The notes below the pieces were generated by a model. It was not told the origin of the DNA. It ran no database searches and worked only from the letters and a program-made list of their open reading frames with translations. From the IMG/VR virus record IMGVR_UViG_3300026097_000001: a DNA stretch of 64,000 nt. The stretch is one strand, 5' to 3'. A program made the translations under genes and the position numbers. Shown piece by piece: positions 17,669 through 26,687 of this stretch (position 1 is its first letter; every line of letters begins with the position of its first letter). The stretch comes from a virus. Lineage: Duplodnaviria > Heunggongvirae > Uroviricota > Caudoviricetes.

Positions 17669-18247
17669 TTATACAATCATTTCGTAGATTTCCTTCCAGT
17701 TCGCAACTTTTTGTGCTGGACCTACATAATTTTTATTGTGTGAATGTTCGATAAGCATTGAGTTTAGACCAAGTTTAATTCCTAGGTCAGCATTACTTTC
17801 CTTATCTTCTACCCAGACGCAGCCGGTATCACGATAAGGCTCAAGGGCTTCATCCTTGTCCCCACCACATTCAAGGCAGATAACTTCTTCAAAGACCTTC
17901 TTGCCGAAGATGGCTTCAAGGTTCTTTTTACGCAGTTTACCTGCATACTTATCAGTAGACAGAGACGTAATGCAATGAAATACATATCCATGATCTTCGT
18001 GTAACTTACGAACGTACTTAACGGCGTCTCGGAATGGAGTTAACCAACCAATTGCAGCAGAGCAGTTGAAGTATTCACACATCTGCTTTGCTTCAAAGGA
18101 TGTTATGTCAAAGGTCTTACCCATATCATATTCATTTTCAAGGATTGGGTGATAACCACGAGCGGCCATCCATTTATAGAAGGAGTACTGCCAATCGAGC
18201 AATACACCATCGCAATCTACAAGGATTAGTTTTTCGTTTAGTTTCAT
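17669..18247 (-). CDS. HAD-superfamily phosphatase / 5'(3')-deoxyribonucleotidase-like
   Basis: 192 aa; motif I LILVDCDGVLLDW (DxDG) at the N-terminus. Confidence 0.55.
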   Translation of the reverse strand: MKLNEKLILVDCDGVLLDWQYSFYKWMAARGYHPILENEYDMGKTFDITSFEAKQMCEYFNCSAAIGWLTPFRDAVKYVRKLHEDHGYVFHCITSLSTDKYAGKLRKKNLEAIFGKKVFEEVICLECGGDKDEALEPYRDTGCVWVEDKESNADLGIKLGLNSMLIEHSHNKNYVGPAQKVANWKEIYEMIV

Positions 18248-18248
18248 A

Positions 18249-18587
18249 TTAAGATACTTTCTTTAAGAGTGATGGAGATACGGACCATGTAGTGTGAAGT
18301 CCATTTGTTTGCTTTACCTTGATGGTCTTTTGATTTACTTTCGTAATCAAACCCTCGACGATCCCACGGCGTTTTGCGTTAAAGGTAACCTTATCGCCGA
18401 TCGTAAAGTTCGTAGCAATTTCTTTTTGCATAGAACGTTGACGAGCTTTGATCTCTGCGATGATAGTATTGAGAGTTTCTTGGTCAGCGGTACGGATTGT
18501 CTTCAGAGTTGTTTGGTTCAGCTTTTTCATCACGTAGTCCTTTTCATTTGATATATACAATCTATCTGATTCTAAAGAGAATGTCAA
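18249..18587 (-). CDS. hypothetical protein
   Basis: 112 aa; behind the early promoter at 18560-18588. Confidence 0.35.
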   Translation of the reverse strand: MTFSLESDRLYISNEKDYVMKKLNQTTLKTIRTADQETLNTIIAEIKARQRSMQKEIATNFTIGDKVTFNAKRRGIVEGLITKVNQKTIKVKQTNGLHTTWSVSPSLLKKVS

Positions 18588-18588
18588 T
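18560..18588 (-). promoter_or_regulatory. early promoter cassette, weaker -10
   Basis: -35 TTGACA at 18583-18588 with the conserved leader tcatttgatatat; upstream of 18249..18587. Confidence 0.45.
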
Positions 18589-18590
18589 AG

Positions 18591-18980
18591 TTAATTTGCA
18601 CTTTCAAGATTCATTTCAACTTCTTCAAAACGTCGCATCCGTGGTTTCGTAGAAGTATCTGTGAAGAACCATGCTTCGCCGTCAAAGAGGTACAGATAAT
18701 CAGCACCTGCGTGATTGTCACCACAGCGCAGGAATACTTCCGGTGATGCATATTCTACGGCAGGTTCGTTATGCACTGCTTCGACTACACTTTCATATAG
18801 GTCGGACTTGAGACCTGAAAGATAACCAGCGTTGGCAACAGCTTTTGCTTTTTGTGGAGTGTTGTAGCTTTCAACTAAAAGACGGCCGTTGTACGCAACA
18901 TAACCATCGTAGTGGCAGTATGTTGCAGTAACCGAGCCGTCTTCTTTGTTGTAGTAGCCGATCATTGATGCTGTACCCAT
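18591..18980 (-). CDS. hypothetical protein
   Basis: 129 aa; behind the early promoter at 19015-19043. Confidence 0.4.
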   Translation of the reverse strand: MGTASMIGYYNKEDGSVTATYCHYDGYVAYNGRLLVESYNTPQKAKAVANAGYLSGLKSDLYESVVEAVHNEPAVEYASPEVFLRCGDNHAGADYLYLFDGEAWFFTDTSTKPRMRRFEEVEMNLESAN

Positions 18981-19014
18981 TGTATTGATTCCTTTTGTTT
19001 TACCTTATAGAATC

Positions 19015-19043
19015 AATATAACGCGTTTTACACCAAATGTCAA
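19015..19043 (-). promoter_or_regulatory. early promoter cassette (TTGACA-17-TATATT)
   Basis: Consensus -35/-10 upstream of 18591..18980. Confidence 0.55.
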
Positions 19044-19404
19044 TACCTAATTTGATTTAATTTCATTTTCCTTGAGAGTATTGTATAAGCTCTCAGGAAT
19101 GACTTGAAGTTGGAGTCCGGTCGGTTGAAGCCGACTCTTAACATATTCTTCATATGTCGAATACTCGATTGCACGCTTTGGTGGAGTGCGCGGAGCGCGT
19201 GGAGCTTTCATGTTATTTTACCTTGTAAGTACCGTTAGCTAAATTTAGCTGGCAGGTTTTTCATTTTCATCAAAGATAGAAAGTTTTTCTTGAGCCTTTT
19301 TACGACGCTGCTGTTGAATACTCATCTTCTTTTTATTGCGGCGGCGATCTTCGTTTTCATCACCCCATTCATCGTCGTATTCTTCTCTAAATTTTTTAAA
19401 TGAC

Positions 19405-19845
19405 TTAGCCATTCTCTTTCTCTTTTGCTGTTGTCTGAATTAAGTCCGGAAACGCTTCTTGTACTACAGATCTTGGTAGTCCCTTGAGTGGTTTTTGAGC
19501 AATCATTTTACACAAAAGGTCCGCGTCATTATCATCAACATCTTGAAGCAAGCTAATAAAAAGGTTCTCTCTTTTTACTTGATCCAAACCATCGTATCCG
19601 CCACCTTTTATGAAAATGCGTAGACGGCGGGTTTCTTTGTATAGCATGCCCTCTACACCGATGTACTGATTCTTTTTCCAAGGTGGTGGTGTACTAGGAA
19701 TTAGAAACTCAACGCTCTTATCATAGGTATTCTTAAGAATGGTTCGAAGCGGCACTCCATCGTTCTGCTGCAGCCATTCGACCTTTTCTTCTTTTGTTTT
19801 TAATTCGCATGCTTTGTCAATAATTTCAGATAGGGATAGTAACAT
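19405..19845 (-). CDS. hypothetical protein
   Basis: 146 aa; overlaps the rnh start. Confidence 0.4.
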   Translation of the reverse strand: MLLSLSEIIDKACELKTKEEKVEWLQQNDGVPLRTILKNTYDKSVEFLIPSTPPPWKKNQYIGVEGMLYKETRRLRIFIKGGGYDGLDQVKRENLFISLLQDVDDNDADLLCKMIAQKPLKGLPRSVVQEAFPDLIQTTAKEKENG

Positions 19846-20705
19846 TAGAAGTCCTGTATGTCAGTGATGAGGTTTTTCAACTTTTTCTCTACGAAGTAGT
19901 TGAACAGCTTGGAACGCCCGATGTCCTTTTCCGTTTCGTATTCAGAGAGTATCTGCTCTTGATAGTTCTGAGGAACTTGAGAAAGGTCGATCATAAGAGT
20001 ATTACGATCAAAACGAGCTTTCGTCTGAGAGTCCATAGAGTCTGGGTTCTCAGTAAAGTTTGCAATTCTTTTTGCCGTCATTGGCTTCTGCCGTTCTCCG
20101 ATTACAATACAGTTATCAGCAGAAAGAATATTTGGTACGCCGTCTCCAACATCTCCCTTTAATACATGTTCTTGCAGGTATTTATCGGGATTTGAATTTT
20201 GGATCCATTTCTTACGAACCGGATCGTACTGTTTTACGTTAGCGTACTTGTGCAATTGGATGTAGTCCTTGTCTCCTGAGAGAACGAGGAATTGTTCGGC
20301 GCCAATATTGAGTTCTGTTCCGTACTTATGGATCACCGTACCGATTACGTCATCGGCTTCACAGTGGTCGATATGAATTACTTTGTATGGAAAGTAATCC
20401 TTGAGTTCGGAACGAATGTTATTGATGATACCAAACAAGTGGTTCCAATCCAATTCAGACTCTTCACGAGTTTTACGACGAGCTGCCTTATAGTATGGAA
20501 AGCTTTCTCGACGCCACGATTTTTGCCCGTCTGCGCAGATTACGATCTCGCCAAACTCTTCGTTAAACTTTTTTCGATTTGAGCGAATTGAGTTAAGGAA
20601 CATGTGACGTAAAAGATTTTCGTCAACGTCAATGTTGTGGTGGTTACCAATGCCGGCGAATAGCGACGCTAGCATTACTTGGTTAAAGTCAATTAGTATA
20701 GCCAT
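19845..20705 (-). CDS. rnh: T4-type RNase H / 5'-3' flap exonuclease
   Basis: 286 aa; LIDFNQVMLAS, EADD, LSGDKDYIQLHKYANVKQYDP and ILKGDVGDGVPNI align with T4 Rnh. Confidence 0.8.
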   Translation of the reverse strand: MAILIDFNQVMLASLFAGIGNHHNIDVDENLLRHMFLNSIRSNRKKFNEEFGEIVICADGQKSWRRESFPYYKAARRKTREESELDWNHLFGIINNIRSELKDYFPYKVIHIDHCEADDVIGTVIHKYGTELNIGAEQFLVLSGDKDYIQLHKYANVKQYDPVRKKWIQNSNPDKYLQEHVLKGDVGDGVPNILSADNCIVIGERQKPMTAKRIANFTENPDSMDSQTKARFDRNTLMIDLSQVPQNYQEQILSEYETEKDIGRSKLFNYFVEKKLKNLITDIQDF

Positions 20706-20742
20706 GTTATATTGTTTCTCTTATATCTGTTATGTACAGATT

Positions 20743-20771
20743 TATATTAATCTAAAATCTCATTAATGTCA
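20743..20771 (-). promoter_or_regulatory. early promoter (TTGACA-17-TAATAT)
   Basis: Upstream of rnh, inside the 3' end of the preceding ORF. Confidence 0.5.
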
Positions 20772-21088
20772 ACCGATTCTTCATCTAAATCTTCTTCAAC
20801 AACGAAATCTTTTGCAAAGTCCTGAAGAGGATGATGAATTTCGTTTGCGTGTAGATGTAGGGATCGGATAGCTTCAAGTAAAAGTATGATGGAAGGAAAG
20901 TATTCTTCAGTATTTTCTTCGAACCGACACCCGGACCTTACCATCTCGAGTAGGACTAGATTCCACAGTTGTTCCGCAACGTCGTTTGAAAAGCTCGTTC
21001 TGTAATCTGCCAGCTTCTCTGCGAGTTCTTCTGCGGACTGTGGAGGAGTATCCAGCTTCATCTGTGGAAACGTAATCAGTTCACCCAT
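20747..21088 (-). CDS. acidic hypothetical protein
   Basis: 113 aa, strongly acidic. Confidence 0.35.
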   Translation of the reverse strand: MGELITFPQMKLDTPPQSAEELAEKLADYRTSFSNDVAEQLWNLVLLEMVRSGCRFEENTEEYFPSIILLLEAIRSLHLHANEIHHPLQDFAKDFVVEEDLDEESVDINEILD

Positions 21089-22034
21089 TTTGTAATACCT
21101 TTAATAAATTATTCCATGAATTCGTGAAATTATTTATACCGTTTCTTAGCAGACCAAAGCGCTCTGAAGATGTCATATTATTGAAGAGCTCTGGTTGTAA
21201 CTTCTGAGCCTTTAGCAGGTTCTTGACGACTGAAAATGCCATGTTTGCATGATCGTTTACAACCTCGGTGTACTCATACATAATCGTTGCATCCATCGCA
21301 GTTTCCTGTAGAGCACCGTAGCTTGGATGAACCACGAGGACTCCAGAACGAATGGCCTCAATCATAGCGATACACGACGTTTCCTGCCAGATCGATGGAA
21401 AGAGGAATATGTGAGACTCACGTAGAGCATCGAGTACCTTCTCATTACTTACGGCGCCATGATATGTCATATGACTGTGGTCTTTAATTTTATTAAACAG
21501 ATCCTCGAATGGCTTATCGCGTTGATCCCATCCATACACTGAGAACGAAGAGTATACGTCTAGATGTATGTTATCAAATTCCTTTGAGAGTGCATCTACA
21601 ATTGGATACACGAGCTCTAGACCACGGTGTGGTGTAGTGTGATAAATGAGGCGAATCGTATCCGTTTGTTTTTGAATTGGAGTATATTCTAGTTCAATTG
21701 AGTTTTGAATAACAGTGCATTTTGAATACGGAATACCGTAGAGTAGGATGTATTGGTCGCGTTGCCAGTATGAAACGAATACGAAGTGGTCAAACTTTTT
21801 CCAACCTTCATCTTTGAGGATCTTATTCTCAGGATCCATCGCAAGGTCATGACAGTAAAAGATATTCTTTACGTCATCGTAGATCTCACGTGGACGAGAT
21901 AAATGAATTGCGTATTCCTTAAGCAGATCTGGATCTGCGTTGCGTACAAGGCGGTCACGCATCATTTCAGTACCGCCTTTTGAATTCTTTGACAGATCGG
22001 TGTCTATCACCTTTCCTTTATATACGCAACTCAT
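21081..22034 (-). CDS. GT-B fold glycosyltransferase (GT4-like)
   Basis: 317 aa; C-terminal FLFPSIWQETSCIAMIEAIRSGVLVV fits the GT1/GT4 E-x7-E region. Confidence 0.45.
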   Translation of the reverse strand: MSCVYKGKVIDTDLSKNSKGGTEMMRDRLVRNADPDLLKEYAIHLSRPREIYDDVKNIFYCHDLAMDPENKILKDEGWKKFDHFVFVSYWQRDQYILLYGIPYSKCTVIQNSIELEYTPIQKQTDTIRLIYHTTPHRGLELVYPIVDALSKEFDNIHLDVYSSFSVYGWDQRDKPFEDLFNKIKDHSHMTYHGAVSNEKVLDALRESHIFLFPSIWQETSCIAMIEAIRSGVLVVHPSYGALQETAMDATIMYEYTEVVNDHANMAFSVVKNLLKAQKLQPELFNNMTSSERFGLLRNGINNFTNSWNNLLKVLQNG

Positions 22035-22291
22035 AGATGAATTTCCGTTTCAAATTCTTTTAGAGAATCCCAACGAAAGGATCGCCATGCGCCTTTATCG
22101 GTATCCCAAACCGCAAGAGAGTCTTTGCTCTTTTCGCGTGGAGCTTTTTCTTCGATCTCTTTTACTATCTCTGGTAAAATTTCTTCGTTGAGCGTACAGC
22201 TCATGGTGCGCTCTTCACCGTTTACCTTTGTAAAAACAACTTTGCAGATGCTATTCTTTAAGGTCTCAACGATTTCACTCTTATTATACAT
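22031..22291 (-). CDS. hypothetical protein
   Basis: 86-aa ORF. Confidence 0.35.
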   Translation of the reverse strand: MYNKSEIVETLKNSICKVVFTKVNGEERTMSCTLNEEILPEIVKEIEEKAPREKSKDSLAVWDTDKGAWRSFRWDSLKEFETEIHL

Positions 22292-22310
22292 AATATAGTA
22301 CTTCCTTTGT

Positions 22311-22559
22311 TTACATATCTTCGTTTATTAAGTCTAGGTCTTTAAGTATCTTGTAGCTTATCTCAGTGATATCGACCTGTGGATCCAACCGTAGATAGGC
22401 TATGAATTTATCTATAAAGAGCAACTCTTTATTCTTATCGGCAGAAACTGATAACGATTCAAAAAGAGTTTCTAGGTCATAGGGGTTTTCACAAAATACT
22501 TTAGATTTAGCGGAGTTCTTTTTCTGCTCCTGATGCTCGCTCATGGCATTCCTTTTCAT
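22311..22559 (-). CDS. hypothetical protein
   Basis: 82-aa ORF. Confidence 0.3.
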   Translation of the reverse strand: MKRNAMSEHQEQKKNSAKSKVFCENPYDLETLFESLSVSADKNKELLFIDKFIAYLRLDPQVDITEISYKILKDLDLINEDM

Positions 22560-23154
22560 AAATATCTTTTAATACGCTGTGAAAGGTTCCAAGCTCGCCG
22601 TTGTTATGAATTCTATAAGTTTTCACATCAAACTTATGTGGCAAAACATATTTCTTTTGAATTGGTGTTGCGTGTGAATTTATGTATTCGTGGTGGAGAT
22701 TGCCGTCGAAGTACCTTCTTGAATCTGAAGAGTAATCGCAGCCGTCTCGAGTAAGTTGCACCAAAACAAAATTATCGGAACCAACTCTATTTATAACTGG
22801 AATGAGTTCATCAACAAACCCGCCGTCCGAGATACAGTAGTCCTTTGATAGGTCCATCTCGTTTGCGATCTGTTTTCCAAAGTAATCCAAACCACGCTTT
22901 GGTTTAATGACTTCTTCAGACACGTATATCATTGCCTCGCGCCGAGACATATGGCCGAGTAGAGCGGAAGGTGCTTCTTTTTCTTTTCGGTTGTTATAAC
23001 CTTCCATGAACCACTTTTCGTCGACCTTGAAGTATCGAATGGTTTCTTTAAACAGTTGGTACTTGAAGGAAAGGTGTTTAAAGCCGTAACCTTTAAAGAA
23101 GGCTGCAGCTTCATCCTTTCCAGATCCAGGAGGGCCGTTAAATAATACGATCAA
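22507..23154 (-). CDS. deoxynucleoside monophosphate kinase (T4 gene 1-like)
   Basis: 215 aa; N-terminal MIVLFNGPPGSGKDEAAAFF P-loop resembles T4 dNMP kinase. Confidence 0.55.
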   Translation of the reverse strand: MIVLFNGPPGSGKDEAAAFFKGYGFKHLSFKYQLFKETIRYFKVDEKWFMEGYNNRKEKEAPSALLGHMSRREAMIYVSEEVIKPKRGLDYFGKQIANEMDLSKDYCISDGGFVDELIPVINRVGSDNFVLVQLTRDGCDYSSDSRRYFDGNLHHEYINSHATPIQKKYVLPHKFDVKTYRIHNNGELGTFHSVLKDIYEKECHERASGAEKELR

Positions 23155-23396
23155 AATGCAGCCTCATCATCAATTTCGTCAGCAATGATATCTTCTAACT
23201 GCTCAGAGAAAGCAGAGTCCCACTCATCAGGAGTGATACCAGAAAGGATGAACTCGCGATCGTTGTCGTTGAGGTAAGGCATAATGTTTTGAATGCTACC
23301 ATGACCTGCTTGCCACGCAGCATAGTCATCAGGGTTAACCGGAATATCCATAGTACGAGTAAGGCCGCTAAGAACGCTTTTACGCTTGATGATCAT
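23151..23396 (-). CDS. hypothetical protein
   Basis: 81 aa acidic ORF behind an early promoter. Confidence 0.35.
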   Translation of the reverse strand: MIIKRKSVLSGLTRTMDIPVNPDDYAAWQAGHGSIQNIMPYLNDNDREFILSGITPDEWDSAFSEQLEDIIADEIDDEAAF

Positions 23397-23429
23397 ATCT
23401 CTTCTCCATCGTGTTTTGATTCTATAATT

Positions 23430-23458
23430 AATATAACATAGTCGAGTGTAAATGTCAA
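23430..23458 (-). promoter_or_regulatory. early promoter cassette (TTGACA-17-TATATT)
   Basis: The TGA of the 23455..23871 gene lies inside the -35; upstream of 23151..23396. Confidence 0.55.
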
Positions 23459-23871
23459 CCTTTCTTTAAGCTTTTTACGTGATTCCTATGTATACGGCAA
23501 GAGATAATGCCATTGTAGTAAGTATCATCGAGTAATACGTTTCGATCAAACTGGACCTTCGCTTCCAAGTATCCCATTTCACCCTTTGTGTTACAGAGAT
23601 GTAGTATCTCGCGAATAAAATTATCTCTTCCGTGTTCCTCTACCAACATCTTTACCTCGTCAGACGAACCAAAGTAATCCTGCCAATCGGTCTCGACAAC
23701 TTTAATTCTTCTACGAGTTTTCCCCTTTAACGGAGGAAGTCTTCTTTTTGATTTGAAAAGTTTTTTTCCAACGTACTTCTTTCCGTTGGACTTATCGGTG
23801 ATTACATATACAAACCCCATGTAATCACCAATCATTTCACTTGTAAATTCTTTATCTTCGTAGAGCCACAT
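23455..23871 (-). CDS. GIY-YIG-like nuclease domain protein
   Basis: 138 aa; GFVYVITDKSNGKKYVGKK matches the GIY-x10-YIG core. Confidence 0.4.
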   Translation of the reverse strand: MWLYEDKEFTSEMIGDYMGFVYVITDKSNGKKYVGKKLFKSKRRLPPLKGKTRRRIKVVETDWQDYFGSSDEVKMLVEEHGRDNFIREILHLCNTKGEMGYLEAKVQFDRNVLLDDTYYNGIISCRIHRNHVKSLKKG

Positions 23872-23874
23872 AAT

Positions 23875-23902
23875 ATATCCTTTTGTTGTAAGGATATTTA
23901 TT
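23875..23902 (-). promoter_or_regulatory. weak RBS-sequestering hairpin plus AATAAATA box
   Basis: 8-bp AT-rich IR atatcctt/aaggatat with a 7-nt loop; the 3' arm carries SD AAGGA 8 nt before the ATG at 23871; the AATAAATA box abuts the 5' arm. Confidence 0.35.
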
Positions 23903-23907
23903 CGTGG

Positions 23908-24246
23908 TTACCGTCTCATACTAGCGATGTCTTTCGCATCTTCTTTCTTATCGGCAAAGATCGGTACCATGTTTGACTTATGCATGGTAGCAATACCAAG
24001 AAGCTGACGCTCTCCACTATAGACGTTTGGTTCACGGGCAGTACCGTTTCCTGCGACCTTATCAGAAGTTACACGTGGACCTGTCTTATAGTTAGGGATC
24101 TCGTTGACGTGTTTCTGCTTGGTCTTACCAACTCCCATAGACTTAAGCCACTTTTCATGCTCAACCGCAGCCTTACGATCCTTAGGAGTAAGTTTCTTTT
24201 TTGATCTACCGTGGACTTGAACTCCACGAATCATATGCATAGACAT
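23908..24246 (-). CDS. hypothetical basic protein
   Basis: 112-aa ORF. Confidence 0.35.
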   Translation of the reverse strand: MSMHMIRGVQVHGRSKKKLTPKDRKAAVEHEKWLKSMGVGKTKQKHVNEIPNYKTGPRVTSDKVAGNGTAREPNVYSGERQLLGIATMHKSNMVPIFADKKEDAKDIASMRR

Positions 24247-24248
24247 AA

Positions 24249-24482
24249 TTAAGCCTCCACGATCATTGTCTTGAGTGTTTCGGTGTCAAAGGTTTCACCA
24301 TAGATATCGGTGGTTAATTCCATAACACTTTTGATGTTATTAGATGCGAATTCGTATACAGGGTTTCCGCCGCCTGGACCATTCTCGGTCACAAGAGTTG
24401 CGTTACAGTTGTGTTCAAGTGCAAATTCAACGATTTCTTGATGAGTTGATTCGTATGAGACGTCGAGTTCGATGGAAAACAT
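24249..24482 (-). CDS. hypothetical protein
   Basis: 77-aa ORF behind an early promoter. Confidence 0.35.
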   Translation of the reverse strand: MFSIELDVSYESTHQEIVEFALEHNCNATLVTENGPGGGNPVYEFASNNIKSVMELTTDIYGETFDTETLKTMIVEA

Positions 24483-24509
24483 AGTATAGTCCTTTCATTT
24501 GATAGTATC

Positions 24510-24538
24510 AATATAACTGATTCTAAACCAAATGTCAA
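24510..24538 (-). promoter_or_regulatory. early promoter cassette (TTGACA-17-TATATT)
   Basis: Full consensus with the leader cctttcatttgatagtatc; the TGA of 24535..24864 lies inside the -35. Confidence 0.6.
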
Positions 24539-24864
24539 CTACTTTTTTTAAACTTTACATTCCATTCTTCTTTGTCAGACCAAGTTCCTCTTTGCGCAAA
24601 GAATTCTCCAACAACTCCGGGTAAGGTTTTATTTAGTCTTTCCTTTGGCATAAGCATATTGTATTCAACTAGTTCCTTTGCATACACTGGAGTTGTAGGT
24701 CCGATATCAATGACTTCGCCGGTGCGCGTGTTTTCCATCGTTACATTTTTTGTTGCTATAGCATATTGACCTTTATCGAGAGTCTTGTACACCGCGCGCC
24801 CGCGCAGGCCAGGTTTGTGCGTTAATGTGCTTCCAACATCGCTTGCTTTCATTATTGTTTTCAT
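24535..24864 (-). CDS. hypothetical protein
   Basis: 109-aa ORF. Confidence 0.35.
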   Translation of the reverse strand: MKTIMKASDVGSTLTHKPGLRGRAVYKTLDKGQYAIATKNVTMENTRTGEVIDIGPTTPVYAKELVEYNMLMPKERLNKTLPGVVGEFFAQRGTWSDKEEWNVKFKKSS

Positions 24865-25094
24865 TATCTAGTTTCCTTTAATCTTACGTCTGGTACTTGC
24901 TCTGTATATACAAGCATATAGTATTCAACCTTGTCTAGGTTCTCTAACATTTCTTCAAGGTAGTCGCATATGCTTAGTACCGAAGTCACGTCAATACAGT
25001 TTGCCTCAAGATCAAATTCTAAGGCCTGAAGAAGTGTAAGGTTTTTGCTGCGCATAATCTCAACGATATGCTTTTCGTAATATGACGCATCCAT
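24864..25094 (-). CDS. hypothetical protein
   Basis: 76-aa ORF. Confidence 0.3.
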   Translation of the reverse strand: MDASYYEKHIVEIMRSKNLTLLQALEFDLEANCIDVTSVLSICDYLEEMLENLDKVEYYMLVYTEQVPDVRLKETR

Positions 25095-25112
25095 TTCGTT
25101 TCCTTGCGTTTG

Positions 25113-25379
25113 TTAAAAGAGATCCTGGCCGAAGTTTCCTCCTAGAGTATTCTCTACCTCGGATGCAAAATCTTTATACCCTCCGATGTATTTTCCATGC
25201 CAAAAGATCTGAGGAACGGTCTTTGCATCAGGTGCACGTTCGAACATTTCATTTCTATTCTCGGTCGTACCGATGTTCTTATATTCAAACTTAATCGAAT
25301 AGCGCTGGGCGGTTGAGACCGCTTCTTTACACCAGTAACAGTTGTCTTTTCCATATATAATTAAACTTTCTTTAGACAT
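25113..25379 (-). CDS. nrdC: glutaredoxin (NrdC-like)
   Basis: 88 aa; IIYGKDNCYWCKEA CxxC active site and glutaredoxin length. Confidence 0.65.
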   Translation of the reverse strand: MSKESLIIYGKDNCYWCKEAVSTAQRYSIKFEYKNIGTTENRNEMFERAPDAKTVPQIFWHGKYIGGYKDFASEVENTLGGNFGQDLF

Positions 25380-25767
25380 TTCGCGCCTTCCAATTTTTTA
25401 TATGTTCCATTTTTTGAATGTGAGACCATCCCTTTAAGTATTCATTTTCGCGGTCAAACATGTTAAGCAGTTCACCTTCTGTTTTCATATCCGCGTCAAC
25501 GATATACTCTCCTAGCCACTCCTGAGAGAACTCCTCAACCTCGTTCATAGTGACGCTATCCTTTGCCCAATCCATTGCAAGATCGTCGGTTAGTACAACG
25601 TCTGTATTCATCTTTTGCAATTCGTCCTTAGGAATAACGAACTTTGATCGATGAGTAGAGATCGTAGTTACAACAACATATTCTTTTTTCAATTCAGCCA
25701 CCATCCTAGTTTTGCTCCATTGTGTATAATAATCATAAAGCAGGTGATAATATGTACCACCCACCAA
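25372..25767 (-). CDS. hypothetical protein
   Basis: 131-aa ORF. Confidence 0.35.
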   Translation of the reverse strand: MVGGTYYHLLYDYYTQWSKTRMVAELKKEYVVVTTISTHRSKFVIPKDELQKMNTDVVLTDDLAMDWAKDSVTMNEVEEFSQEWLGEYIVDADMKTEGELLNMFDRENEYLKGWSHIQKMEHIKNWKARNV

Positions 25768-25883
25768 AAGGTTCTTACTAAGGCAACTATGTCAGCCTGC
25801 GCGTCGGTTTCTCCAACCTTTTCGCCGAGGCTCTTTGCCCAGATTCTCCAACATTTTCTAAACATATCAGCCATCTCTAATAT

Positions 25884-26072
25884 TTATTTCAAAAAAAGTT
25901 TTAAAGTTTTATCATCGTCTTGTAACACTAGGTCACAACTACTTACATCATAGTTTGTATATGTACGACCATCTTTGTCGATTACTTCAACTCGAGTAAC
26001 CTTAGGAAACGACATATCATATAGTTTACCAAGATCTTTAGTAGGTACTTTATTATCCATAATTAATCCCAC
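25884..26072 (-). CDS. hypothetical protein
   Basis: 62-aa ORF. Confidence 0.3.
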   Translation of the reverse strand: MGLIMDNKVPTKDLGKLYDMSFPKVTRVEVIDKDGRTYTNYDVSSCDLVLQDDDKTLKLFLK

Positions 26073-26686
26073 AAGTTTTCATAGTATTTTCCAAACAAAC
26101 GAAAACCGTTGCTCATGCGTTCTTGGTGCGCTTTACGACCTTCATCGTCTGTCCATTCAAAATGTCCGCCAAAGAGCGATTCGCCTTCGCTTTTAATGTA
26201 AGGACCATAGTAGTCTTCTTCCCAATGGTCTCGACATTTTTGTTCGAATGCCCAGATCATTTCTCCCATGATCCAGTCCCAACGATCGTGATGATACTTG
26301 TCTGTGTCATACTCGTTTTCTTTAGGTGGAGCACTGGTGCTGCGCAGTTCCTCAGGCACATCTTCATCATCAGTACAAGGTGAGCCATGTTTTGTTTCTT
26401 TAAGTTGTTTTAGCATAGGAAGAATGATAGGAGCAAGAGTATGATCCATGCTCCAAGTGTCGTACTTGTCAATACGAACTTTAATCTTTTGACCACTACG
26501 CTTGTCAAGATACAAGTTGATAGTGTAGTTATAAAGCCACTGCAAACCATCTTCTACTTTTTCAAGAAAGGATTCAAAACGAGTTGAATTTTCTTCCCAT
26601 CCCCAACGACCATACTTCTTATCCATATAGCGGTCGTGGACGTAGCTTACCCAGCGATAGCGAAAAGGTCCCATATAAATTTTCAT
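26063..26686 (-). CDS. hypothetical protein
   Basis: 207 aa, Trp/Tyr-rich. Confidence 0.4.
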   Translation of the reverse strand: MKIYMGPFRYRWVSYVHDRYMDKKYGRWGWEENSTRFESFLEKVEDGLQWLYNYTINLYLDKRSGQKIKVRIDKYDTWSMDHTLAPIILPMLKQLKETKHGSPCTDDEDVPEELRSTSAPPKENEYDTDKYHHDRWDWIMGEMIWAFEQKCRDHWEEDYYGPYIKSEGESLFGGHFEWTDDEGRKAHQERMSNGFRLFGKYYENLWD

Positions 26687-26687
26687 T

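Noticed and set aside
21081-22034. Calling the GT-B glycosyltransferase a DNA beta-glucosyltransferase (T4 bgt analogue)
   Set aside because: No dCMP hydroxymethylase or other hypermodification gene is visible in the window, and the similarity is only at the generic GT-B C-terminal motif level.
25689-25874. 61-aa minus-strand ORF 25689-25874 directly behind an AATAAATA box at 25881-25888
   Set aside because: It overlaps 79 nt of the 131-aa gene 25372-25767 in another frame. Without conservation evidence I kept the longer gene; the small ORF could still be real.
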